Origin: Candidatus Obscuribacterales bacterium | GTDB lineage: Bacteria; Cyanobacteriota; Vampirovibrionia; Obscuribacterales; Obscuribacteraceae | Length of the DNA: 64,000 nucleotides | Assembly: GCA_965228855.1 (NCBI GenBank) | Contig: CBDDIJ010000002.1 | Span: forward strand, 96,001-160,000 | Reading direction: 5' to 3' | Shown: positions 20,532 through 30,249 of the stretch, one piece after another | How positions within the stretch are numbered: the stretch's first letter is position 1 | How the letters are laid out: each line of letters begins with the position of its first letter | Translations under genes and position numbers: made by a program | Notes under the pieces: generated by a model | What the model was told of the DNA's origin: nothing | Seen by the model: the letters and a program-made list of their open reading frames with translations, nothing else | The model's database searches: none

Positions 20532-20930
20532 TCAGATAGTTTCGCCTGTAGAATCAGCTGGAGGGAATGTAAGAATCAGCCACCGAGCTGTCAGATCGAA
20601 AAGAAGAGCAACACAGACAGCAAACCGATATGCCTGAAATCGAGCCATCCAATTCGGTGTCGAGGCCTTTAAACACCAAAACAGCAGGAGCCGTACAAGC
20701 AAAAAAGGCGTCAAAACACAATCACCGGGAAGGACCTGACTTGACCAAAATACTCCCAAGGCAATGGATAAACACACTATCACCGACGTCACGATGAAGA
20801 TCCGACTCTGTTTTAGAATCAAAACGAGCTCTACGAGCGCCGCACAAGCGACACCGACATAAGAAGTCCAAAGCAAGAGGCCAGGACCTAGATATAAGAG
20901 ACCAGAGAAAAGGTCTGCCATGAAGATCAC
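20532..20930 (-). CDS. small membrane protein
   Basis: About 4 hydrophobic segments; similar to 21068..21457. Confidence 0.6.
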   Translation of the reverse strand: MIFMADLFSGLLYLGPGLLLWTSYVGVACAALVELVLILKQSRIFIVTSVIVCLSIALGVFWSSQVLPGDCVLTPFLLVRLLLFWCLKASTPNWMARFQAYRFAVCVALLFDLTARWLILTFPPADSTGETI

Positions 20931-20987
20931 CGAATCAACGCTCTAATCAATCATAACACCGAGCAGAAGCCAACTTCAGAAGCCGGA

Positions 20988-21047
20988 ACTGTTTCGCAAC
21001 CACTGCCTGCTCAATCGAACGCGCCAAACCGGCCACTTCCTGTTCGC
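20988..21047 (-). pseudogene. duplicated fragment of the TPR gene 5' region
   Basis: Near-identical to 20335-20395 with a 1-bp deletion. Confidence 0.75.
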
Positions 21048-21067
21048 ACAACATCAGATAGTTTTCT

Positions 21068-21457
21068 CTAGGAGGTGAACGACGGATCGACAGGTGGAAA
21101 CCTGCTAGTTGGGTCAATAAATGCGTCGCCCGACAGAAGGGAAAATAGGGATACAAACGTCAGAAGAAAAACCGCGCCTCGGTAAATCATCGAGCGGTTC
21201 ATCCAGTCAGTCTTATCTCCGATTCGGCGCGACCAGACTATCGTGCGAATCAACGGTGGAAGAATCTGAAACCAGGTGGTCGCTTGAGCAAAGGACAGCC
21301 CATTCATCCACAACCAACCGACCAAGAACGCAATCCCGATACAGACTCCAGCGACGACATGAAGTGGAGCGCGGGTAAGCATCAGAAACATATCCGTGAT
21401 GATCAAAAGCAACACGAGAGCGATGAGCAGAATGAAAACGACCAGAACCGCCTGCAC
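21068..21457 (-). CDS. small membrane protein (paralog of 20532..20930)
   Basis: AGGAGG RBS before GTG; shared WMxR...YR.AV and FPPxD motifs. Confidence 0.65.
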   Translation of the reverse strand: MQAVLVVFILLIALVLLLIITDMFLMLTRAPLHVVAGVCIGIAFLVGWLWMNGLSFAQATTWFQILPPLIRTIVWSRRIGDKTDWMNRSMIYRGAVFLLTFVSLFSLLSGDAFIDPTSRFPPVDPSFTS

Positions 21458-22019
21458 AATTCCTCCTGTTTAATTTCCATAATACCTGCCCGCCAAGGGG
21501 CTCAGAGGCAACACCAACCAAGCTGGGTCATCACACACAGCTGGGAAATTCCTGCTCGCTAGCACGCGCTAGCGCTAACAAAATTTCAACAACTGTAGCC
21601 ACAAACCCTCGCCTGGTGCGGACCTCCTTATGAGCGCGCGATAATGTTACGAGCTCGAAACCCGCCACCTGTGCAGCTTAGCAAACCTACACTTAATACC
21701 CCTTGAGAACCAACAAGCATAACACCTAAGTTCTCCGTATCCACAGTTTTTCCCAATTGTTCATCTAGCTTCCGACTTCAAAACTACAGCAATCACCTGA
21801 ATTTTCACTCGCGAGCCACCCACACCAGGCTCTCGGGGAGAAACAGTCACAGTGCTCAGCGGCAGTCAGCGAGAGGCGCGCGCGGTTTCTACCTCGTGCA
21901 GCCTGTCGCCATGCTGTCCCGCTGCAGTTCTCAGTGATCTGACAGTGAGAGTTGCCTCGTTTGCACGCGAAGCGGATGTTCACTTACCGAGTCGCCAAGC
22001 CGACTCCTGGAGGTTTCTT

Positions 22020-22781
22020 ATGACCACAATATTAGCGACCATCGTCACAGGCGGAGGCAGGGGCATCGGACGTGCCATTGCCAAACGCATGGCGTCACTG
22101 ACGCCTGTTTTAGTAGTGGGGCGCACTCAAAGCGATCTCGAGAGCGTCTGCAAGGAGATCACCGCCCTTGGTGGCACTGCCGATTTCATTGTCGGCGATG
22201 TCTCAGACCCGGCAACAGCGACGGCCGCCGTCGCACAGCTCGCCGCAGCCGGTCTCTCCGTCGGCAACCTCGTGTGCAACGCAGGCATCGGAACCTCCGG
22301 CGCCGCGCACACGATGGACCAAAAGGCTTGGAAGGACATGTTCGCCGTCAACGTCGACGGTGCAATGTGGTTCATCCAGGCGTGTTTGCCGCAGATGATC
22401 GAGCGCAAGTCCGGCTCCATCTGCGTGATTTCGAGCGTTGCCGGCGTGAAAGGTTTCAAATACCAGACCGCTTACTGCGCCACCAAGCACGCGCTTGTCG
22501 GCATGGCACGCGCGATTGCGCTCGAGGTCGCGAAGCACAACATTCAGGTGGTGCCGATTTGCCCCTCGTTCGTCGAGAGCGAGATGACCGACCGCACCAT
22601 CGCCGGACTCGTGAAGCACCGCAGCATCAGCACTGCCGAAGCTCGAACCATCGTCGAGAACACAAACCCGCAGAAGCGCATCATCCCCGCCGAAGAAGTG
22701 GCGGAGTTGGTCGCGACCGTGTGTCAGGGTCTCGTCAAATCTCTCAACGGTCAGCCGCTCATGATGACCGGCGGCGAATAA
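22020..22781 (+). CDS. short-chain dehydrogenase/reductase (SDR)
   Basis: TGGGRGIG, CNAG, YCATK; GGAGG RBS. Confidence 0.95.
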   Translation: MTTILATIVTGGGRGIGRAIAKRMASLTPVLVVGRTQSDLESVCKEITALGGTADFIVGDVSDPATATAAVAQLAAAGLSVGNLVCNAGIGTSGAAHTMDQKAWKDMFAVNVDGAMWFIQACLPQMIERKSGSICVISSVAGVKGFKYQTAYCATKHALVGMARAIALEVAKHNIQVVPICPSFVESEMTDRTIAGLVKHRSISTAEARTIVENTNPQKRIIPAEEVAELVATVCQGLVKSLNGQPLMMTGGE

Positions 22782-22791
22782 GGAGCAACCC

Positions 22792-23463
22792 ATGGACATC
22801 GGAATTTCGTTCATGCTCACCGAGCTGAAGAAGTGGGTTCGCCAAACAGCTGCGCAGTCCAACGGGCTGCTCGTGCCCGTTTCCGGCGGCTCCGATTCGG
22901 CGCTCGCGTTTCACATCCTGAGTTCGGTTTACCCCGAGAAGACCGTCGGCGTCTTCGTCGGCAAAGATCTGCGCGCGCGCGAGTGGTTCGAATCCGAGGG
23001 CAACATCCGCTACCTGCCCGCCCTCGCATCGCGTAATCACGCAGAGGTCGAGCGCAACGCCGTCTTCCAGAAGCTCGCCCTCGACGAGAACCGCTGGCTG
23101 GTCGGCACGCGCAACCGCACCGAGAACACCTTCGGCACTTTCAGCCTGGCAAGCCGGGTCGCGACCTACTTGCCGATCGTCGGTCTCTGGAAAACCGACA
23201 TCATGCAACTCTGCTCGCTGATCGGCGTGCCGGAGGAAGTGATGGCATCCAGTCGCCGAGCCGATCCCGATTGTGGACGCCCGGCCGAACTCGCCGAGAT
23301 CCCGCTCGAACAGATCGACATTTTCCTCAAGGTTCGCATCGGACTCTTGGGCGAAGAAGCGCTCACGAGCCTGACTTCGGCGCAAGTTGCTTACCTCGAC
23401 AAGGCGTACAAGGGCAACAAGTGGCGCACCGGTCTGCCCACGGAAGGTCCTCAGCTTGATTGA
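22792..23463 (+). CDS. NH3-dependent NAD+ synthetase-like protein (PP-loop)
   Basis: VSGGSDSA, LVGTRNRTE, LPIVGLWKTDI; short and divergent relative to NadE. Confidence 0.75.
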   Translation: MDIGISFMLTELKKWVRQTAAQSNGLLVPVSGGSDSALAFHILSSVYPEKTVGVFVGKDLRAREWFESEGNIRYLPALASRNHAEVERNAVFQKLALDENRWLVGTRNRTENTFGTFSLASRVATYLPIVGLWKTDIMQLCSLIGVPEEVMASSRRADPDCGRPAELAEIPLEQIDIFLKVRIGLLGEEALTSLTSAQVAYLDKAYKGNKWRTGLPTEGPQLD

Positions 23464-23535
23464 GAAGAACTGCAACGCCACGCTCGACCTCGTCAATTCT
23501 CAACGCATACAGTCTAACCGTAAGGATTTCCCTTC

Positions 23536-24096
23536 ATGGTGAAAAAGACCGTCGAACTGTTTTGCGCCTGCACAGCCGCAGCCATCCTCTGGCTGTGGCT
23601 GTTGCCGGCGATTGGCATAACGTCTTACCTGGTACATGGCGGCATCATCGTCGTCGTCGCCTGGTACACGCTTCGACTCGTTGGCGTCACGGACCGGCTG
23701 CTCGACAAGATTCTGCCCCCGCGAACCAAGGTCGTCGAGATCACCGCCGATGGTGTCATCATTTTCGATGCCCGGGAGAGCTGGCGCTCCAAAGAGCTCA
23801 CGCTCTGGAAGTCCAACGCTCGTCCCGTTCTCGTAGAACCGGATCGCCTCGATAGCGCCGTCGTCGACTACCAACTCGCCGTCGATGAGGCTAGGCACGG
23901 CAGCGTCGAGGCCTGCGAAAAGCTCATCGACCTCGCCATCCCTGAGCTTCGGTGGGTGCCCACGCAAGCAAAGCTGCTTGCCGCGCCGATCGTCATGATG
24001 CAGAGCTTCGAAGCGAGCGGGGACAGAGCGAAAGCCGCGGAGTTCAAAGCCCAAGTCAACCGGCTGGCAGACGTGTTTGACGTCCCGTCGTTCTGA
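23536..24096 (+). CDS. hypothetical membrane-anchored protein
   Basis: Two N-terminal hydrophobic helices; AAGGA RBS. Confidence 0.7.
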   Translation: MVKKTVELFCACTAAAILWLWLLPAIGITSYLVHGGIIVVVAWYTLRLVGVTDRLLDKILPPRTKVVEITADGVIIFDARESWRSKELTLWKSNARPVLVEPDRLDSAVVDYQLAVDEARHGSVEACEKLIDLAIPELRWVPTQAKLLAAPIVMMQSFEASGDRAKAAEFKAQVNRLADVFDVPSF

Positions 24097-24297
24097 TTCG
24101 GCAGCGTAACTCACATCAATAGAAGTCAGTTTTCCGACCTGACGCCAAGATTGGCTTGCAGAGCGTATCTGCAAGCCAGTTTTGCTCGAAACTGTTCTTT
24201 TATATCGGATAGTACAACATCGCAGCATCAAAAACGTTCGAAACCAGCCAGAACACCCGCAAACGCATGTGCAATGTCCGAGCCCATCGAACGCCAG

Positions 24298-24350
24298 AAG
24301 AAGAAGAAGAAGAAGAAGAAAAGTGCGCTAACGCCCGAAGGCGTTAGCGC
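24298..24350 (-). terminator. UUCG-tetraloop terminator with (CTT)n tail
   Basis: GCGCTAACGCC-TTCG-GGCGTTAGCGC on minus, then ACTTTT(CTT)n. Confidence 0.8.
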
Positions 24351-24373
24351 TTATCGTCAGACCGAAACGCCGC

Positions 24374-24640
24374 TTACGGCAGCCCGGACTTCCGCTTGTG
24401 CAGCGCCTCGTTGAAGAGGTCCTGCGAAGCGGGAGTCGCGAGATCGGTTCCGTAGCCCAGCGACAACCAGTGCGGAGGCGCGTCGACGATTTCGTCGGCG
24501 ACCGACTGGGTGAGCTGGTCAGCCATGGTGGGCGGTTCCGAAAATGCGGGCATCATCGGAAACACATCCCGCCACAGCGAGTTCGACAGAGCGTCGGCAA
24601 GACTCATACCTCGCCGCTCGTCGTCGTCGAAGATGCTCAT
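24374..24640 (-). CDS. hypothetical protein
   Basis: AAGGAG RBS, biased codons, terminator downstream. Confidence 0.7.
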   Translation of the reverse strand: MSIFDDDERRGMSLADALSNSLWRDVFPMMPAFSEPPTMADQLTQSVADEIVDAPPHWLSLGYGTDLATPASQDLFNEALHKRKSGLP

Positions 24641-24724
24641 GGTTGCTCCTTCATCAAGAGAAGTTGGAACAATCCCGACTCGGCAGAATTGCCGAGCCGG
24701 GTCCTGGTCGATGAGCCGTGGAGC

Positions 24725-25546
24725 TCAGCCGAGCAGGTTCAGCGTGGTGCGCGCCGGCACCCAGTCACTTGCCGTGCCATCGCAGCGGCAGTCTTCGAAG
24801 CCGCAGGCATGGCAGTTGACCGGCTTGGTCGGCAGGTGGTTCCAGATCGACTCGACCTCGTTGTCGAAGTCGCTCCGGTCCGATTCCTCGCAGTCGCAGT
24901 CATGGTCGCAACCACAGCCGCAGCCGGAGTACGAACCGTAACCATCGTCCGCGAAGTACCAGTCGTCGTTGCGCTCGAAGCCCATGTTCGGCGTCGCATG
25001 ACGGAACTCGGCATACGCAGCGCTCTTCGGCTTCGTCGTGCGGAACGGCATGACCAGCCGCGGACGCCCGACGCAGACCATCTTGCCGCTGCGGTCGATG
25101 ACGATCTTGATCGCAGTCGACGACGTCGCCTCGACGATGCGAGCGAAGTACACCGTCTGTTTCGGGTTCTCGCCGACAATCTGGAACTGCCAGACCTTGC
25201 CGTCATTCTGAGGCTGCGGACCACGGCGCTCGGGGAAAACGACACGACCGCCGACCTTGATGGCAGCCATCAGCCCGCCCGAATTCGCCGCGACGAACTT
25301 GGAGCTGTGCGTGACGGTCTTCATGAAGCCGGTGATGGCGTCCTTCTTCGAAATCACCGTGACCGGCTTGGAGGCGCGGCGCGGACCGCCGGTCTGTGCG
25401 TTGTTGCGCGAGCCGCGATTCTGCAGACCATGGCGCCACGAGCCACTGTTCTGCGGTCCCCACGACTGACCACCACGGTTGCCGTTGTGATTGCCGCGAG
25501 CGCCATGCTGGTTGCGGGACGCGGGACGGGAAGAAATCTTGGACAT
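24725..25546 (-). CDS. hypothetical protein, basic low-complexity N-terminus and Cys/Asp-rich C-terminus
   Basis: GGAGA RBS; SGCGCGCDHDCDCEE and CHACGFEDCRC. Confidence 0.75.
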   Translation of the reverse strand: MSKISSRPASRNQHGARGNHNGNRGGQSWGPQNSGSWRHGLQNRGSRNNAQTGGPRRASKPVTVISKKDAITGFMKTVTHSSKFVAANSGGLMAAIKVGGRVVFPERRGPQPQNDGKVWQFQIVGENPKQTVYFARIVEATSSTAIKIVIDRSGKMVCVGRPRLVMPFRTTKPKSAAYAEFRHATPNMGFERNDDWYFADDGYGSYSGCGCGCDHDCDCEESDRSDFDNEVESIWNHLPTKPVNCHACGFEDCRCDGTASDWVPARTTLNLLG

Positions 25547-26194
25547 GAGGTTCTCCATTGCTGTCCAAAAAATTAGTAACGCCCCTCCGAGTGTCCATCC
25601 ACACACGCAAACCGCCGACGCCCCTAAGGTCGCAGGAAAGTTCGGATGTGCTTGGCTAAAGTACTAGCTGATGGAATCTCGTGAAAAGGAGAGTTACGGT
25701 GAGGTCTTATGCGTACACTTTGGCTCTCAGCAAAGACAACTCTTTTTAACACTCACTATGTATTAAACAGACGCGCGCCGATCCTCTGCACAGCACGACC
25801 GACCAGGATACTCCTGAACTACCGGCGGAAAAACTATTTACGAATCTCGGCTAGCGCGCCCCGCTCACACGTAGAAACCCATTAAGTTTTTTGCGATTGT
25901 TGCGCGATGTATAACCGCATCGTGACGGCACACGCGACATGCGTCAATCAGCCATGCCGACGAACCGATTCTAGACCGCTCGATGCTCGTCCGTCTACTA
26001 CCCCTCCTCGTAGCCGTGATCTCAAAACCGAGCCAAGAAGAGGGAGGCGGCATGACGCAGCACCTCCCTCTCGTTTGACTCTAGTCTCAGCCTCCCTACG
26101 CCTGTCCTCCTCAAGCATTGAAACTGCCGGCTGTTGCGGTTTCAGCTTGGATAGCTCCTGTTATTGCGGCTTCGGGCTGGTCGGCACCGACGTA

Positions 26195-26572
26195 TCAGGC
26201 GTCGTCTTTGCCGTCCTTCTTGTCGCCGCCCTCGCCCTGGTTCTTGCCGCCGCCCTTGCCATCACCGTCCGGCTTCTTGGGCTTCTTCGGCGTAAACATG
26301 ATGTACATGCGATAAACCTCACCGGCAAAAGCCATGCCGCCCAAAAGCAGCATGAGGAGGATGTTCCACGGCGCGCCGCCCAGCTTGTTTCCGAGCCACA
26401 TGCCGACGAAGCCGAACAGTACAGTCCCGATCGTCAGCGTGTAGGCGAATTGCGAAGCCGCAATCATGTTCACGTTTTCTCGGGCGCGCTCTTCCGGCGT
26501 CTTCGTCGGCGGCGACTCAGGCGACTTCGAGCCGTCTGATTGCCCCTCCTTACTGGTGTTCTCGTCTTTCAT
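26195..26572 (-). CDS. AtpZ/AtpI-family membrane protein
   Basis: Two TM, GFVGMWLGNKLGGAPW pattern. Confidence 0.65.
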   Translation of the reverse strand: MKDENTSKEGQSDGSKSPESPPTKTPEERARENVNMIAASQFAYTLTIGTVLFGFVGMWLGNKLGGAPWNILLMLLLGGMAFAGEVYRMYIMFTPKKPKKPDGDGKGGGKNQGEGGDKKDGKDDA

Positions 26573-26607
26573 GGCATTTCCTTTCCTAGACAATTCACCC
26601 GGTTGCG

Positions 26608-26832
26608 TTACTGATAGTTGATCGTCCAGACCTCAGCGGAGAGCGCCTTGGCGCCCTGCGAGACCAGGTACTCGGCAAAACTTTTACCACTGCTGTCGCC
26701 GCCGGAGGCGAACCAGGCAGCCTCTTCCTGCGCGACATCCATAGTCGCCGGAATCTCCAGAAACTCCTGCTTGTCCACATTGCCGGTCCACTGCTCAAGA
26801 GCCTGGACGACGAGGATGCGGGGCTGAGACAT
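26608..26832 (-). CDS. hypothetical protein
   Basis: AAGGA RBS, biased codons. Confidence 0.6.
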   Translation of the reverse strand: MSQPRILVVQALEQWTGNVDKQEFLEIPATMDVAQEEAAWFASGGDSSGKSFAEYLVSQGAKALSAEVWTINYQ

Positions 26833-26994
26833 GGGATGCGTGTCCTTATTTGCAAACCGAAAAGGTAGAGCCGCCCACTATGAGCGACTCTACCCACCTA
26901 TTCGGTTCTATTTCAATAAACCGCGAACGCTTGCCGCGCAGCGGAAACTAGCCATCAGCCTAACAAATGGCAGACACAGTTTCCGTTCAGAGAA

Positions 26995-27801
26995 CTAGCG
27001 CCCGCGAGGCTTCGAGCTGGCGAGACGAGCCGCCGAAGCGCTCTTCCCGCGCCCCGAGGCTTTCGCCTTGGCAGCGTCGATGAGCCCACGCACGGCGAGT
27101 TCCTCGATGACCGAGTCGACCAGGAAGTTACGCAGCGAAACGAGGCGTTCTTCCTCAGTGCCGAAAGTGGCGGTGTAATCAGCCATGCTGCGGCGAATCA
27201 CTTCCTCCGCTTCCTTGCGACCGTAGACTGCCCGAATCTCGACGACTTGCTTCCGAGAGTTGCTGCCCGGCGGGCGCTTGTAACTCAGGAAGTAGTGCTG
27301 GAGCCGCTCGATCAAGCCGGGCGGCGCGTCCTTGATGTCGCGGATGCCACCATATGCGATGTCGTTTTCCATCACCGCGATAATCTTGTCGTCCGCCTGG
27401 CCCTTGTCGACCATGCGGAGACCGCCGATGGGGCGCGCCGAGACGAGGATGTCGCCATGAGCGAAATCCTTCTCGGTCATGATGCAGATGTCGAGCGGGT
27501 CGCCGTCACCGGTGACTTTCTTGAGCCCGGTCTTCTGCATGCAAAACTCAGCGATGGTTTCACCGCAGTAGGTCTGCGGGACGAAACCATAAAGCATCGG
27601 ACAGAGTGACGAAAACCGCTGCGGGCGGTCGACGTGCAAGTGTCCGGTGGCCTTCGCGACCTCCAGCTTGACGGCACTGGTCGGGACAATCTCGATGTAA
27701 GACTGAACGATCTCCGGCGCAGACGCACCTGCAGACACACCGTGCCAGGGATGCGATTTGTACTGGGTCGATAGAAGCCTTTTGAATTCTTCGTGGATCA
27801 T
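26995..27801 (-). CDS. ppa: inorganic pyrophosphatase (family I)
   Basis: HPWHG, YGFVPQT, DGDPLDI, DDKIIAV, HYFLSYK. Confidence 0.95.
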   Translation of the reverse strand: MIHEEFKRLLSTQYKSHPWHGVSAGASAPEIVQSYIEIVPTSAVKLEVAKATGHLHVDRPQRFSSLCPMLYGFVPQTYCGETIAEFCMQKTGLKKVTGDGDPLDICIMTEKDFAHGDILVSARPIGGLRMVDKGQADDKIIAVMENDIAYGGIRDIKDAPPGLIERLQHYFLSYKRPPGSNSRKQVVEIRAVYGRKEAEEVIRRSMADYTATFGTEEERLVSLRNFLVDSVIEELAVRGLIDAAKAKASGRGKSASAARLASSKPRGR

Positions 27802-27910
27802 GAGAGCTCCGTAGCGCTGGTGCGCTTCACAGACGATAAGAGCGGCGTGTGTTTCAGTCGCGCTCGAACTGCTCGAGCGAACTTCAACAGCCGCCTAAGA
27901 TAAAGGATTT

Positions 27911-28140
27911 GAGCGGACATAGCAATGCCGTCACCTGTTCCTGCGGAGATGAGCGGAACGACGATGCCGTCACCGCTTCTGCTGAGATGACAGGAACGGC
28001 AACGCCGGACCCACTTCTGCGGGGATTAAGTGAACGGCATTGCCGAGACCCACTTCTGCGGGACTGAAAGGAACGGCAACGTCGGCACCCACTTCAGCGG
28101 GACTGAGCGGAACGGCATTGCCGAGACCCGTTTCTGACAT
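27911..28140. repeat. tandem array of six 38-40 bp degenerate units
   Basis: Consensus about GAGCGGAACGGCAWYGCCGAGACCCACTTCTGCGGGACT; units start near 27911, 27951, 27989, 28027, 28066, 28105. Confidence 0.85.
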
Positions 28141-28179
28141 CCGACCGGAACCGGCGAATGCCGGTCCGGTTTGAGTCGT

Positions 28180-30168
28180 TCAGTCGCCCGCCTTGTCCGT
28201 ATTCGCGACCAGCGAGGTGATGAAGCACTCGATCATGAAGGTCGACAGCCCAGTCGGGTCTTTGACACCGTTCTTGGCTTTGCTCACGCCGATGACGCTG
28301 TGATCGACGCCGTTGACCGTGACGATGGTCGGCTCGAAGAAACGCTCGGCAAGCTCAGGGACGGCAGCAATCAGGGTCATCGGATCGTAGAGCTGAAAGC
28401 TCTGAATCAGATCCCAGATGTCGTCGTCGCCGTTGCGGTCGAGCCCCTGCCCGGCGCAGAAGGTATTGCAGAACCACTCCTTGTTGCAGCGTTCCGGCAG
28501 CTTGTTGCGGCGCGGATCGTCGCCTGCCATGTTGGCACGCACCCAGACGTCCTGGATGGCATGACGCTGAGTGCGCTGCAACTTCACACCGACGGGATGA
28601 CCGGTGGCGGCCATTCGGTCGTAGAGGTCGCGCGGAACCGGCGCCGCGTAAGCCGCTTCACGAGTCAGGATCGTTGTCGGGATGCAGAGTTCTTGAACTC
28701 GGCGGTAGAAATACTTAGCCGCGTCCATGTCGAACTTGTTGTTGGCGGCGCTGTCGGGAACCATGTACCCGTCGTCGTCTTTGACGACTGCGTTGTCTTT
28801 CTGCTCGACACCGCCCATGATGGCAACCAGTGCGACCTTGCTTTGAACCAGCTCGTCATGATCACGCAAGAGGGCGGCAGCATCGGTCAGACCAGAGATG
28901 AGGAGCAGAATCACGGAACCGTCGTCAGCCGACTCGAGCGAACGCACGAGCAAGTCGGCGCCCGGTTCGAGGTCATCGGCGCCGGCGAGGTACGTGACGC
29001 CTTCGAATTCCTTTTCGTGACCATCGGCACGCAGACCGCAGTCGGTGCCGACGCCGACGGGAACATCGGGGCGCCCCAGAAGCCGCAAGGTGCCCTTGGC
29101 GAGCCGCCCGCGCTGGGCTGCCGGAGCCAGATTCGCGATCACGGCGAGCATCTCGAAAAGCTCTTGCCGGCGCGAGCCATGTGTACTGACGACCTGGTGC
29201 CGATTGATGCCGTCCGACAGCACGAGCGTGTCTTCGTCGTCCATGTCCTTGCCGAAGTCGCCGATCATGATGAGCGAAAACGGCGCGGTTTCAGCGGCGA
29301 CGATTGCCGTGCCGCCATCGACGCGCTGACGGTCCGGTTCCGGCTGTGCCTCGAGTACGGAAGCGGTCGCGTCCGTCGTGGCCACAGTGGGCGCGCTCGT
29401 CGCATCCAGAGTCGGCTGCCGCGCAGTCACCGTTTGATCCGTACCAGCTCCAGCCGGCGCGTCTGTCACAAGCGCAGTCTTCGCCGAACTGGCCGCAGTC
29501 TGCGCGTCCGTTTCAGCCCCGGTCGACGAGTCCGCCTGTTTGCCACCCTTCGCGAAGATATCGTGGACATGCGGAGAGAAGCACGTCGTCTTGCGCGGCG
29601 TATCCACGAAAACCGGGTCAGGCAGACCGTTGTTCCCGGCGAGCGGGCTGGGCCGTCCCGGAATGCAGGTGTCGGTCTGAGGGACGGGAAGCGGTTTCGC
29701 CGTATGCAGTTTCGCAGCCGAATCGCCGATCAGTCCATCGACCACCAGAGCCGGAACGGATGGCGACTGGGGGGCACGGAAACGGTGAATTCGCCTGCGA
29801 CTCTCATCATGCATTCGCGCCGTCCACTCCTTGTCATTGCAGATCGATGCGGTCAAACCGACCGACAATACGGAAAGCGTAATGAGAATCAAACAGCCGA
29901 TGGACAGGCTGCTAGCCGGCTGTAGGAACGGGCTGAGTGCGAGAAAGGTCAGGCCATAGATAGCCAGGATGAAAATGGCCAGACGCTTCTGGCGCTTGTC
30001 GAGACCGAAGTAGGTCTCCCGAGCATGCATGACAGCGTCGCCGTCTGTCTCGAGCAAGACGCGATAGGCGGTCAGCGTGCGGAGACGCAAAACGATGTAC
30101 CCGATACCACATGCAGTGGCACAGACGGATAGGGTTCCTAAGAGAACCGTCAGAAATTGTGGATTCAT
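28180..30168 (-). CDS. membrane-anchored nucleoside hydrolase-like (IU-NH) protein
   Basis: Three N-terminal TM, Ala/Thr-rich linker, GDFGKDMDDED, IMGG, NNKFD, YDPMT. Confidence 0.8.
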   Translation of the reverse strand: MNPQFLTVLLGTLSVCATACGIGYIVLRLRTLTAYRVLLETDGDAVMHARETYFGLDKRQKRLAIFILAIYGLTFLALSPFLQPASSLSIGCLILITLSVLSVGLTASICNDKEWTARMHDESRRRIHRFRAPQSPSVPALVVDGLIGDSAAKLHTAKPLPVPQTDTCIPGRPSPLAGNNGLPDPVFVDTPRKTTCFSPHVHDIFAKGGKQADSSTGAETDAQTAASSAKTALVTDAPAGAGTDQTVTARQPTLDATSAPTVATTDATASVLEAQPEPDRQRVDGGTAIVAAETAPFSLIMIGDFGKDMDDEDTLVLSDGINRHQVVSTHGSRRQELFEMLAVIANLAPAAQRGRLAKGTLRLLGRPDVPVGVGTDCGLRADGHEKEFEGVTYLAGADDLEPGADLLVRSLESADDGSVILLLISGLTDAAALLRDHDELVQSKVALVAIMGGVEQKDNAVVKDDDGYMVPDSAANNKFDMDAAKYFYRRVQELCIPTTILTREAAYAAPVPRDLYDRMAATGHPVGVKLQRTQRHAIQDVWVRANMAGDDPRRNKLPERCNKEWFCNTFCAGQGLDRNGDDDIWDLIQSFQLYDPMTLIAAVPELAERFFEPTIVTVNGVDHSVIGVSKAKNGVKDPTGLSTFMIECFITSLVANTDKAGD

Positions 30169-30249
30169 TCGTGTCAACTTTCCCTGTTCGCGGTGAAAAA
30201 CAGGCGCTCCGAAGTGGAGCGCCTGCAAGAGCGAGAGAACAACTGGCGT

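Noticed and set aside
24151..24414. Poly-Lys ORF or contingency microsatellite
   Set aside because: The (AAG)n run is better explained as the pyrimidine tail of a minus-strand terminator
25992..26016. Additional repeat-family locus (CGTCTACTA...TAGCCG)
   Set aside because: Arm-like match only, with no 52-bp core at the expected distances
27911..28140. CRISPR array
   Set aside because: Contiguous degenerate units without unique spacers
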